A DNA stretch of 64,000 nucleotides from Octopus sinensis (Eukaryota). The stretch lies in NCBI RefSeq assembly GCF_006345805.1, contig NW_021832127.1, forward strand, positions 1 through 64,000, written 5' to 3'. Shown here piece after piece: positions 13,870-25,283 of this stretch. How positions within the stretch are numbered: position 1 is the stretch's first letter; every line of letters begins with the position of its first letter. The notes beneath the pieces are model-generated. The model was not told the DNA's origin, did no database searches, and saw nothing but the letters and a program-made list of their open reading frames with translations. Made by a program: the position numbers and the translations under genes.

Positions 13870-14687
13870 TCTTTTTTAGTTCTCAAAAGAAGTGTTTAGT
13901 ACTAAGTGACATACCATCATAGCCAGCTGACTGATTGCTTTTGAGGTGTATGAATGCATTTGTACACCTCTCATCACTGTAGTTTTGCCTATAAAAGGTT
14001 TTGGATTCCTAATAAATTTAGGTATATTTTTTTCAAATGATTTAAACTGGGTCTCAAAGTGTTTGGGTGTATAGTTTACTTTATCCTCTGGGTTTTGTAG
14101 ATAATGGCCTGTGTTATAGCAGATTTTTAGTGACTTCTTCACAGTACCTTGTATAAGTAATTTGATAGCAGCAAACATTCGTCTTCCATATTGTCAGTTC
14201 TCAACTTGGTTGATTTATCATCTACTTATTTGTGCCAGAGGTCGTTTGATCTTTTCTTATCAAATGTGACATTTGGTTGCTTTTTTTATACTTTTATTCG
14301 AATTTGAAATTCCAAGTTGCAAGAGTTTCAAGAGTATTTCCCGGACAGTTGTTCGTTCATAGAGATTACCTGATATTTTTTTGTCAAGCTTTAAAAGTCA
14401 ACATTTCCACCGCCAAACGTAAATTTAGAGACGTAGTTTTTCTCTTTACACCCTTGATCCCAAAATATTGTTTAAGATTTAATCTAGCAACTGTCATCTT
14501 TTGGAAGCTTTCGAGAGGTTTTGATCACGTGATTTAATGTACAATTGAAAAAAAGATTAAATTAAAAATGTAAAAAATTGTTTTTCGTGTAAATTAATGT
14601 ACAAAGGGTGATTTATGTGAAAAAAGTTTTAAAATGACTTAAAATAATGGAAATTTTGGCTTGTCCGGTTACTTTTGTCGTGCACTG
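13870..14687 (-). mobile_element. Tc1/mariner-like relic
   Basis: TA-CAGTGCACGACAAAAGT terminus at 14687 facing left. Internal coding is too decayed to confirm. Confidence 0.4.
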
Positions 14688-14689
14688 TA

Positions 14690-15020
14690 GGTCATCAGCT
14701 TAGGCGAGAATGATTGAGTCTTCCATTTCAGGGTTAGGAATGTCAGATAGGTACAAATTGAATAGAGCAGGAGAAAGGGGGGAGTTTTGAGGAACTCCAT
14801 TTGGAAGCAATCTTGAGATTAATTTGATTCCATTCAGGGATACACATCCTCTCCCTTGTTTTCATAATGACGGTATCACATTTTGGTTGATCGAGTAGTT
14901 GACGATAGCTGTCAGAATGGTAACTCCTTCGTCGCCAAAATTTTTTAATAGGATGATCGAGATTTTTTCTCTACTGCATAAAAGCTGTTCTAACTCTAAT
15001 TCGGAAGGTCACAGGATATT
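14690..15020 (-). mobile_element. Jockey/I-like RT fragment
   Basis: GVPQNSPLSPALFNLYLSDIP...ADD on the minus strand, similar to the RT at 30994-32151. Confidence 0.7.
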
Positions 15021-15134
15021 TTCGAAGCGAAGATGTCTCCTAGAATTTTGTTAGTTATTGTTAAAAATTATAATTCACAATATACGCTGTTAATTTTTAA
15101 ATATATAATTATCGCTTTCACATAAACAATTGAA

Positions 15135-15590
15135 CTAATATTATTAGCAGGATACCCAGCCGTACTTGAACCGGTCGGGCTTGACCGAGGAGATGGAAAA
15201 CGTCCTGATGGGATCACAATTTTCCCATTTGAAGAGGGGAAACAACCTGTGTGGACACTCTCTGCCCGTCCAACATTGCCGGGAGCGCAGTGGACAGACT
15301 GTATGCCGCGGAAAAAACGATGAGGGCAAAGGAGAGAAAATATGAAGCGCTGCGAGATCGATTCGTGTTCTGTCCGATTGTGGTCGAGACAACTGGAGGA
15401 ATAAGTGGGAAATCGCTCCGCTTCCTAAAGAAGCTTGGACGCTTAGCCACATTAAAAAGCCACGACACACGTGAGACCCGGTGACTTCTCAGTTGATCTC
15501 TGTTGCTATCGTGAGAGGCAACGCAACGTCAATTATGTTGGCGGGGTCCACTTCGGATAGATGGCTTTGTTAACTTCTAGTAAATTACAG
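15135..15590 (+). mobile_element. CRE-clade LINE 3' fragment
   Basis: EPVGLDRGDGKRPDG, PIVVETTGG and ISVAIVRGN. The 3' end is shared with 56111-56212. Confidence 0.85.
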
Positions 15591-15693
15591 TAACTTTTGA
15601 ATCAAAATAAATTTTATATTATTAGCTAATTTATTATTAAATGTAAAATATTTTTAAACTGTATTAAATAGCTTTACTGTTTGTTAGCTACTT

Positions 15694-16118
15694 ATGGTAA
15701 ATTACTTAATATTTTTATTAGGCCAAATCACATTTTTCATATGAAGACCAGAAATCAATAAACGAATTTGTTCGTCAACATACGAAATATCAAACACTTA
15801 AGCAGAATATACTTGAATACGAAGTTATTATAAAAATAATACTTTCAGGGAGAATTTGAGAAGATTGATACTGCTGAAATGGATTTAATGATGATGGAAG
15901 AGGGGGAAAATATACTTTATAACATTGGAGGAACTTTCTATTACAAAAAATACGATCAGGCATTGGAATTCCTCAATCAAGCTAAGAAAGAGTGTGAAGA
16001 GGCTTCAAATTCTGCTCGAAAACAAATGAATGAGATCGTTGAAGCGATGGATAATATTAGGAGTTCAATTTATGCAAAATTTAGCAAGGATGAAATTAAT
16101 ATGGACTATGAACTTTAA
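15694..16118 (+). CDS. PFDN4: Prefoldin subunit 4
   Basis: ATG-only first exon and two 25-nt introns. Protein M-AKSHFSYEDQKSINEF...YNIGGTF...IYAKFSKDEINMDYEL matches the PFDN4 pattern (EDQ..IN.F, Y.IG..F, YAKF..IN). Confidence 0.88.
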
Positions 16119-16219
16119 TTAAATTTTCGGATTTAAATCGTTTTCAAGCTATTTTAAAATGTGTTACTATAAGTGAACAGGGGAGTAATAGAATAAAAAT
16201 ATAAAAACGAATATAGTAT

Positions 16220-16545
16220 CGAAAATAATGGTACTAGTGGGTTTCAAGAAGGTATCAGTAGCTACTTCCTTACAAACTTAGTAGAGATCTGGAAATTCTT
16301 GTTAAACAAATAGCAAATTAATTTATCTCAAATTAAGTGTGATAAATGCAAGATAGAAATTTTGTTTTTTGCATACACAAGATCGCTATGGATTCATTTC
16401 CAAAACAGGCAAACAGATGTCCATTTAGCCACCGGTGTAATAAGATGCTAAACAGTAATTACCTCCGAATATATAATGAGGTTGCAAAGTGTATCCACTT
16501 TCACTTGTGTATAGAATCAAACGAAGATTGCCGACTATATTAAAT
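16220..16545 (+). pseudogene. Possible decayed RLE-type LINE C-terminal relic
   Basis: MQDRN...CNKML.SNYLRIYNEVAKCIHFHLC resembles the R4/Dong/NeSL zinc-knuckle region (Y..RHN.VAK.IH..LC). Confidence 0.3.
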
Positions 16546-16606
16546 TATTCTACCTTCTCTACACTCTGCCTACTATCTCAAACTAAGGTAAGACTTGAGA
16601 CATACA

Positions 16607-16990
16607 ATGAAAATCAGAAAATCAATATGCAAGTTCCCCACGTGTTTGCACCCAATCGACCTGATTTTTTCAGGAAAACCGTCACCCATGATTGTCAACT
16701 ATATTAATTTGTTCGACCTTCTCTTCACCCTTCCTAACATCTCAAAATATCTTCATGATACTTTGTCTTATGTTTTGAGGCCTATCATGAAAATCAGAAA
16801 ATCAATATGCGAGTTATTCACGTGTGTGCAAGTCATCGATCTGACCTTTCAGGAAAACCGTCCCCAAGGATTATCAATCATATTAATTTGTTCCGCCTCC
16901 TCTACACAATTTTTACCATCTCATACTAAAGATTCATGATACTTGGTCTCAAGATTTTATACTTACTATAAAAATCAGAAAATCAATATT
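16607..16990. repeat. Diverged ~180-bp tandem repeat (about 2.1 units)
   Basis: AAAATCAGAAAATCAATAT recurs at ~16610, ~16790 and ~16971, with internal blocks (TCAGGAAAACCGTC, TATTAATTTGTTC) repeated at the same spacing. Confidence 0.85.
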
Positions 16991-16999
16991 CTAGTTGTC

Positions 17000-17345
17000 A
17001 AAGAAATGTGGAACAGCATTCTTTGGACCTAAAACAAAGAGATGTAACGGCCTAACAAAGAGGTAAAAGTTGTGGAGAGATTTCTAAATTGCTGAAATTA
17101 TCAAAAAGTACAGTTTGGAATATTATTACCGACGAAAACAACACTGAACTGCTATTAATCGACCAAGATCAGGTCCTCCGAAAAAAATAACTCAACGTTA
17201 TTGTTCATTTAAAAAAGAATAATCGGTACAAAGCCTCAAATTATTTAAAAAAATTGGCCGACGATTTAAAGATTACAGGAACATCAGTATCCCATCGTAC
17301 GATTACTTCTGCACTATTAAAGAAAATAGAAATTTCTGCACGAAT
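17000..17345 (+). pseudogene. Tc1-like transposase N-terminal HTH relic
   Basis: QHSLDLKQR...GKSCGEISKLLKLSKSTVWNII...RPRSGPPKKIT. Confidence 0.7.
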
Positions 17346-19087
17346 TAAATATGTCATATATCAACCAAAAATATTTCACTGATTTCAAGTCAGATAATAT
17401 TGATTTGTTTCTAATATTAATCAATATTATAAAATTCAATGTTTTGTTTAAAAATTAAAATAAATATTAATTTTTTTAATGGCTCAACATAGATTCATAT
17501 ATTTTGCTACTTTGTATTCAATTTGTAGTTTTTTCTTTGGAATAATTGGCTTTTTATTTTATAGTAAACTATTTTGCTGATACCTTTGATGTAGATTCAT
17601 CATCAATGAAGAAATATCCTGCTCTAAATTGGATCAAACCTCTATTTATAATTCTTTTCATTGTCTTTAGAATTTTTTCGACTGAATACTGGATCAAATA
17701 TGTATCATATATGATTAATCGAGTAAAAAATTTGTTTGTTTTTACCTGATTAGAACAAAATAAATGAGATGAGGTATAATTACTGTTGTTAAAAAATAGC
17801 TATACAACAGAAATGCCTCCATCATTTAGCATTGCTTTAACAATGCCGAATCCTGATATGCATCCTGATGCCAATCCAGCGCCGATTTATACAGAAGCAA
17901 TCGAAAATATCAAACAAGGAATTTTCTTTAATGTATCGAATATTTAAACGATTTTTAACCAATTTATATCTAAATTTTTCTCTATAAATTTATGATTCAG
18001 AAAATATTTAAAAAGGTGTGTGATTGCGGTTTATTTATAACCAAATTTAGTTATCTAATCAAAACAAATTTAGTTTTATACATTTTAAACTAACTTTTTA
18101 GTCTTTGTATTGAATAAATTTTTTCTCGTTTTGACTGCGTATCCCAACATTCGATTAAACTTTTATTAACTCGCTTCTCCAAAATTTAAAATTTTCGCTA
18201 GATATTTACTGATTTGTTAACAATTTTCACTATCATTTTTGAAATATATTCAGGATCTCAGTTATCTGATTTTTTTGAGTTATCTCGGGATATTGTTTAT
18301 TGTTTGTGAAAAACTTAGCTATTCCGTCTTTACACCTCATTAGCCTTCTCATAAAAGTTTAACAATTTTAGTGCTATATGGCTGAATTTATGCAGTTTCT
18401 TCAACTAAACTTAGCTTATTTTCAGAATCGGTACATACTCGTTAGTCATTGTTAAATATTGGGCCATCATTATTTTGATCTTTTATTTCGAATGCCAACC
18501 TATACTTATTCCAATTAATCTATGTTAATTGTTTTTCATTATTTTGGTAGGTAAAAATTTTTGTATTTAAAATTAAAATAATAAGATCTCCACATCTGCT
18601 TTGAAATAAGTTTTGATTTTAGAGAAAGTATAAAATTTTTCCAATCTGGGAATTTGTTACTATTAAATAACCAGTTCGATAATCAGTAACATAAATTTGA
18701 CTCAGTCAAACAAACGAAAAAATGCACACATGGTCTTTTCATTTATTTTAATAGGGTTTGAGACGTATAATTTAGCCACACTTAGATAATTACTAAAATT
18801 TTACTAGAGATAGCAAATGAAGTTGAAGATCATTTTTTAAACTTTCGAGAGTTAAGGATACGTCCACTTATTTGTCTACCTCAGATGAAGGTGATTAGGG
18901 TCGCAAACTTTTTGATCAATAATTTTTTTAGTATTTTTTAGAAATAACCAATACCATAATTCGTAAATTCCATTTTAATTGTTGTTAGAATATGTCGCGA
19001 GCGCAGCGAGCGACCGAGCGCAGCGAGCGACCACTCAATTTCTAGATCCGATCAATCAAAAAATCTATAAATTGACAAATACCCAGG

Positions 19088-21012
19088 AATGGAATGGAAT
19101 TTTATTGTAAGCAAATCAGAGACTTAGTGAAAAGGTTGGACGAGGTTAAACGAGACGACTGCAAGGACAGTCGAGCTCTACCGAGATTCGTCCTAAGAGA
19201 GTATACGAGCCGGCCTTTGATTAGAGTCACTCTCTGATTGAGTTTCGGACACGATCCACAAAAAGATCGGACACCTGAGACCTCCGACGAAAGATTCGGA
19301 TGGAATCGAGGATGACATTCTTGATTAGTGGAAATTTCCCCTCTGCCCAGCTGGGTAGCGGCGCGCGTAGATCCAATCTGTACGCTAGCTTAACGCATAG
19401 CGTCGGATCTTCTCATACTTTTTTAAAATTTTTTCGAATTGGTTTGAATAGTGCCACGCCTCCATCCCATACAAGAGACTTGGGAGAATCGTCACGCGAA
19501 AGACAAACAGAAAAGTGTCAGGGGCCAAATGCATACCCCTCAGGAAGCGAAGGGCCGCAACGGCCTTTTTCCTTTTCTGAGTGACGTGCAGTAAGTACTC
19601 CGAGTTAGCGTCTACCGTCAAGCCCAGATAGCGAATATGGCTTGTGCGGGGAAGTCCTCTGAGAATCTTAGGTTCTTGCCTCGGTTTGCGCCGTGAGTTA
19701 ATTTCAAGGTACGCCGACTTGTCCATAGCAATGGACAGTTGTTTACCCTGACACCAGGTCTCTATCATTCCGATGTAGCGGGAGAGACGGTGCTCGGAGA
19801 GTGCAGGGCTTTTTGAAATATCCATAATGAGGACGTCATCTGCATACAAGAGAAAAGTTGTCCGCGGATTGGGAAGGAAGGAAAGCTGCTCATCACAAGG
19901 TTGAACAGCAGCGGGCTGAGACTGGATCCCTGCGGGACACCCCTTCGGAGACGAATATCTCTGGAGTGGAAGCCCGACTGGGACACAAAGGAGATACGGT
20001 TTGAAAGAAAGCAGTTCAGCCAGAGAAATGCCTCTCTCGTTGGCTCACATCCGCGGACCACGTCCAATAGGTCAGAGTGGGATACGCTGTCGAATGCCTT
20101 AGAAATGTCAAGGCAGATGCAGATAAAGTTTCGTTGAACTCAATTGCTTTCAAAGCCATCGATTGGAGAATCAGAAAACAATCGCCGCAGCTGCGCCCTG
20201 AGCGGAAACCCCACTGCTGGGGCAGAAGCACGCTTTTCTGCTCTGCGAAGGAGTCGAGGCGTTTGGTCATAATCTTTTCCATAAGCCTCGAGATCGTTGG
20301 TATTAGACTTATGGGTCGGTAGCTGCTGGCCAGGTTAGCTGGTTTTGCAGGTTTCTTGATCATCCGGATTTCGGCGACTTTCCAGGCACTTGGAACGTGG
20401 CTCCAGCGAAGACTAGCCGAGAAGAGGCGTGCCAAAAACTCAGACAGTTCCGGAGGGCCTTCTTTGAACATTTTCATTGGTAGCATGTCATGCCCCGGTG
20501 CGTTGTCCCTCGCCGAGAGGATGGCCCAGGTCACCTCAGCGGCGGTGATTGGGTGATGGTCAACAGATAGGGAGTCTGCTTGGTCTATAGGACTGGCATG
20601 TGAGTTTCCCCAGCGATCCTCATGGTCCGGCAGAGGACGGTCCAGGTGATCAGCAAATATGTTGGGGATTTCCTCCACCGACGCAGGCAATCCAGCTGAG
20701 TTCGATAATTCTGGTGCCGGAGAGTTCACGAGATGATTAGAGAGTCTGTTGTAGGCTATCCAGAAGTTTGGGTTCCTGTGATTAAGACCAGAGCAGGCCT
20801 TCTTCCACATCCTCTCAAGATCTTTCTTTCTTGTGAGTTCAATTTTGTGGTTGAGCAGAGAGATTTCCGACCTTAGGGTATTTTGGTCCGTTGGGTCGGC
20901 ACAGCGTTTGAGCTTGTTTCGCAGGCGTTTCTTTTCGCCCAGAAGTTGGAGAAGTTTGGGGTTTTGATGTGTAATGCCCTTGCTAGTTGGGCGCACCCTC
21001 CTAGCGTGGGCT
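19088..21012 (-). mobile_element. Jockey/I/R1-like LINE copy A (RT only, 5' truncated)
   Basis: SYRPISL, QWGFRSGRS, GVPQGSSLSP and YADD. AATAAA plus (CATTC)n tail. 13-bp direct repeat ACAAATACCCAGG at 19075-19087 and 21013-21025. Confidence 0.9.
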
Positions 21013-21025
21013 ACAAATACCCAGG

Positions 21026-23056
21026 GAATGGAAAGTTTTATTGTAAGTAAAACAGAGACTAAGTAAAAAGGTTGGACGAGGTTAAACGAGACGACTGCGA
21101 AGACAGTCGAGCTCTGCCGAGATTCGTCCTAAGGGAATATATGAGCCGGTTTTTGAAGAGTCACTCTCTGATTGAATTTCAGACGCGATCCACGAAAAGA
21201 TCGGTCACCTGAGACCGCCGACGAAAAGTTCGGATGGAATCAAGGATGACTTTCTCGATTAGTGGAGATTTCTCCTCTGCCCAGTTGGGTAGCGGGGCGC
21301 GTAGATCCAATCTGTACGCTAGCTTTAACGCATAGCGACGGATCTTCTCACATTTTTTCAATATTTTTCCGAATTGGTTTGAATAGTCCCACGCCTCCAT
21401 CCCATACAAGAGACTTTGGAGAATCGTCGCGCGAAAGACAAACAGAAAAGTGTCGGGGGCCAAATGCATACCCCTCAGGAAGCGAAGGGCCGCAACGGCC
21501 TTTTTCCTTTTTTGGGTGATGTGCAGTAAGTACTCCGAGTTAGAGTCTACCGTCAAGCCCAGATAGCGAATGTGGCTCGGGCGGGGAAGTCTTCTGAGAA
21601 TCTCAGGCTCTTGCCTCGATTTGCGCCGTGAGTTAATTTCAAGGTACGCCGACTTGTCCATAGCAATGGATAGTTGTTTACCCCGACACCAGGTCTCTAT
21701 CATTCCGATGTAGCTGGAAAGACGGTGCCCCGAGAGTGCGGGGTTTTGAAATATCCATAATGAGGACGTCATCAGCGTACAAGAGGAAAGTTGTCCGCGG
21801 ATTGGGGAAGGAAGGGAAGCTGCTCATCACAAGGTTGAACAGCAGCGGGCTGAGACTGGATCCCTGCGGGACACCCCTTCGGAGATGTATCTCTTGGAGT
21901 GGAAGCCCGACTGGGACACAAAGGAGATACGGTTAGAAAGAAAGCAATTCAGCCAGAGAAATGCCTCTCTCGTTGGCTCACAACTGCGAACCCTGTCCAA
22001 TAGGTCTGGGTGGTACACGCTGTCGAATGCTTTAGAGATGTCAAGGCAGATGCAAGATAAAGTTTCGTTGAACTCCATTGCTTTCAAAGCCATCGATTGG
22101 AGAATCAGAAAACAATCGGCGCAGCTGCGCCCCGAGCGGAAGCCCCACTGCTGGGGCAGAAGCACGCATTTCTGCTCAGCGAAGGAGTCGAAGCGTTTGG
22201 TCATAATTTTTTCCATAAGCCTCGAGATCGTTGGTATTAGACTGATGGGTCGATAGCTGCTGGCAAGGTTAGCTGGTTTTGCAGGTTTCTTGATCATCCG
22301 GATTTCGGCGACTTTCCAGGCACTTGGAACGTGGCTCCAGCGAAGACTAGCCGAGAAGAGGCGTGCCAAAAACTCAGACAGTTCCGGAGGGCCTTCTTTG
22401 AACATTTTCATTGGTAGCATGTCATGCCCCGGTGCGTTGTCCCTCGCCGAGAGGATGGCCAGGTCACCTCAGGCGGCGGTTGATTGGGTGATGATCAACA
22501 GATAGGGAGTCTGCTTGGTCTATAGGACTGGCATGTGAGTTTCCCCAGCGATCCTCATGGTCCGGCAGAGGACGGTCCAGGTGATCAGCAAATATGTTGG
22601 GGATTTCCTCCACCGACGCAGGCATTCCAGCTGAGTTCGATAATTCTGGTGCCGGAGAGTTCACGAGATGATTAGAGAGTCTGTTGTAGGCTATCCAGAA
22701 GTTTGGGTTCCTGTGATTAAGACCAGAGCAGGCCTTCTTCCACATCCTCTCAAGATCTTTCTTTCTTGTGAGTTCAATTTTGTGGTTGAGCAGAGAGATT
22801 TCCGACCTTAGGGTACTTGGTCGTTGGGTCGGCACAGCGTTTGAGCTTGTTTCGCAGGCGCTTCTTTTCGCCCAGAAGTTGGAGAAGTTTGGGGTTTTGA
22901 TGTGTAATGCCCTGCTAGTTGGGCGCACCCTCCTAGCGTGGGCTTCCAAGTAGAGTCGCATGAAGTCCGTCAATTCGGCGCCCGAGTTGTCGATGTCCGA
23001 GGTAGATTGATAGCTGCCTGGCGTACGTTGTTGCGAAAGAACAAGTTCAGAGCATA
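21026..23056 (-). mobile_element. Jockey/I/R1-like LINE copy B (close paralog of A, longer 5' end)
   Basis: Near-identical to A along its length, with CLDISKAFDSV and YADD. Tail AATAAAACTTTCCATTCC. Confidence 0.9.
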
Positions 23057-23067
23057 ACGATACCAGG

Positions 23068-24765
23068 TAGGTAGGTAGGTAGGGTAACAACTTTATTTAG
23101 GTAACAACGAATAGTATGTGGGGTAATAATTAATGAAACGGTAAGGCTTGCTTACCGACTTCTTCCGCGAAACAAAAAGAAAAGAGGGACCCAACGTCTC
23201 AGTATAGAATTACCTTTGCAGGTAAGTCCCAGTGACTGTTGACCAAGTTTGTAGTTTTTGATGCCTTTTTCAACGATTTCCCCCACCGTGGGCGTTTTAG
23301 CCTCGAGCCATGGGGGAATCGGGCATTCCGGGCTTTGGGAGTAGGCGATTTTTAACGCCAGTCTCCGAGTTTTTTCGAACTTCTCGATAATGGAACTCCT
23401 CTTTCTAGAGAAGTACCATGCTCTTTCCCAAATATAAGTCCTGGTAAGATCACCGTGTTAAAACATAAAGGAAAGTATCTGGTTCCAGATTAAACTTTCT
23501 TAGGCAAAACAGAGCGTTTGTTGCTTTCTTTTTCCGAATTTTCGCATATTCAGTGTATTTACCATTTCTTCAATTTGCAATCCCAGGTATTTTATTGAAT
23601 GTGTCGTGGTATGTTAGTAATCAGACATGGTGAATTTTTAAGATTTCTACTTTCTGTGATTCTCAACAGGGCAGACTTCTCACGTGCGACAGTCAGCATG
23701 TTATTTCTGCACCAATGTTCGATCTCTTCCATATATGACAGCATTCGTTGTTCAGATAAGGCAGGTTTCGGTGAATGATGAAACATCGAGGATGACCACA
23801 TCATCCGCATATATTAGAATTTCCGTCCGTACATCATTTGGAGAAGGTAGATTACTCATTACAAGTTGAATAACAGAGGACTGAGTACTGATCCCTGGGG
23901 GACACCTCTTTTTAATTTTAGCTCATCCGAGTCATGGTTCAGTAAGCTAACCACTGATCGTCTGTCGCGGAGGAAGTCCTGTAGCCATAGAAACAGTTCT
24001 CTATCTATCTGACACTCCGCCAGATGTCTCAGAAGGCCAAAATGCCATACACTGTCGAATGCCTTCGAAATGTCAAGACATGCCATCGTCAGAGATCCCT
24101 TGGTATCCAGAGCCTTCATAATTAACGAATTAACCGTATAATGACAGTCCCCACAAGAGCGATTTCTGCGGAAACCCCACTGCGCATTTTTTAAAATATT
24201 TTTGCTCTCCACATGTTCCGAGAGTCTCCACAGCAATATCCTTTCCATGATTCGGCTGATGGTAGGAATCAGGCTTATCGGCCTATAGCTTGTTGGCAAG
24301 TAGAGTAGCGAGGTTTTCCTGGCTTCAGTATCATCCTAACCTCCGTTAATTTCCAGGAGGAGGGGACGTATCCCAGATGAAGACTACAGGAGAAAAGACA
24401 TCTCAAATATTCATAAAGTTCCCTCGGTGCTTCTTGAACAATCGCATTGTTATCTTGTCTTCCTGGGGCATTATCCTTCGAGCATTTTATTGCGTCCTCC
24501 ACGTCTTTGCAACTTATAGCTATCGTGCACAAAGGCAACGAGCTGAGGAGTCCATCCAATTCTTTTTCATATGACACAGTGCTGGTCCAGATAACAGTAA
24601 GTCCGGGTTGACCTCCTGAGTTCCTTTAAGACTGTCTCCAAATATATTTGGTATTCTTCAAGAGAAGCAGGAATCCATCTTGATTTAACAGTTTCGGTAT
24701 TGCTTCCTCGGATTTTGAAGTGGATAATTTCCCGAAAACTTTCCAAAAGTTAAAAATCGATGGCT
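23068..24765 (-). mobile_element. Jockey/I/R1-like LINE copy C (distinct family)
   Basis: SYRPISLIPTISR, CLDISKAFDSV, GVPQGSVLSP and YADD. AATAAA plus (CCTA)n tail. 11-bp direct repeat ACGATACCAGG at 23057-23067 and 24766-24776. Confidence 0.88.
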
Positions 24766-25283
24766 ACGATACCAGGCTTGTATTTGGGATTAAATTATTC
24801 GATAACAAAATTAAAATCGATGCCAAAGCAGAATGAGCTTTAAAACCGATTTCATAAATAAAAATAATATTTTTAAATTTATAATTGATATTTAGAATAA
24901 TGAGAAAAAATCTAAATGCTTATAATTTATAAAATGTAAAAAACAAGAATCTTCTGAAGGAGCAAGCCTGTCTGCACAGTCATTTTGATTAGAAGACCTA
25001 ATTTTAGAGATTAAAACGAAAAAATAGCAATGAGATCTGTCAAATATTACCCCCCTCAAACCTAAACCAAATTAGCGTTCAGTATTCATTGATTTTACTT
25101 TTTCTATTAAGGTCTACTTATAAATTATTTATGGGATTCAATGGAAAACTTAAGTTATTTCAATTTTAATTTTAAATCATGTAAAATTTTAAATAATTTA
25201 ATAAATATATTTGTTGATGATAGGCTTGTTAGGTGTCAAAGTCGCGTCTAGCGCTCGTCGCGCGCTGCGCTCGCGACAGAATA

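Larger units (their letters stand above)
18993..25278. mobile_element. Non-autonomous Ginger-like TIR element (~0.6 kb native) expanded by three nested LINEs
   Basis: Ends TGTCGCGAGCGCAGCG and CGCTGCGCTCGCGACA. Perfect 5-bp TSD GAATA at 18988-18992 and 25279-25283. Confidence 0.85.

Noticed and set aside
17480-17940. Hydrophobic reading frames on both strands, one with in-frame TAA/TAG, raising the idea of stop-codon reassignment
   Set aside because: Most identified genes end in TAA and need no readthrough. No family could be assigned, so it is left as an unresolved possible membrane-protein gene.
18400-18900. Cadherin-like motif (FEIKDQNNDGPIF) on the minus strand
   Set aside because: It is a single motif surrounded by stops, and no consistent exon structure could be built.
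23064-23084. (TAGG)n microsatellite as a telomere-like repeat
   Set aside because: It directly follows the AATAAA of LINE C and is its tail.
19088-24765. Endonuclease-less RT-only elements as a new retroelement class
   Set aside because: The copies start at different points in the linker and have TSDs and tails, which is best explained by ordinary 5' truncation of APE-LINEs.
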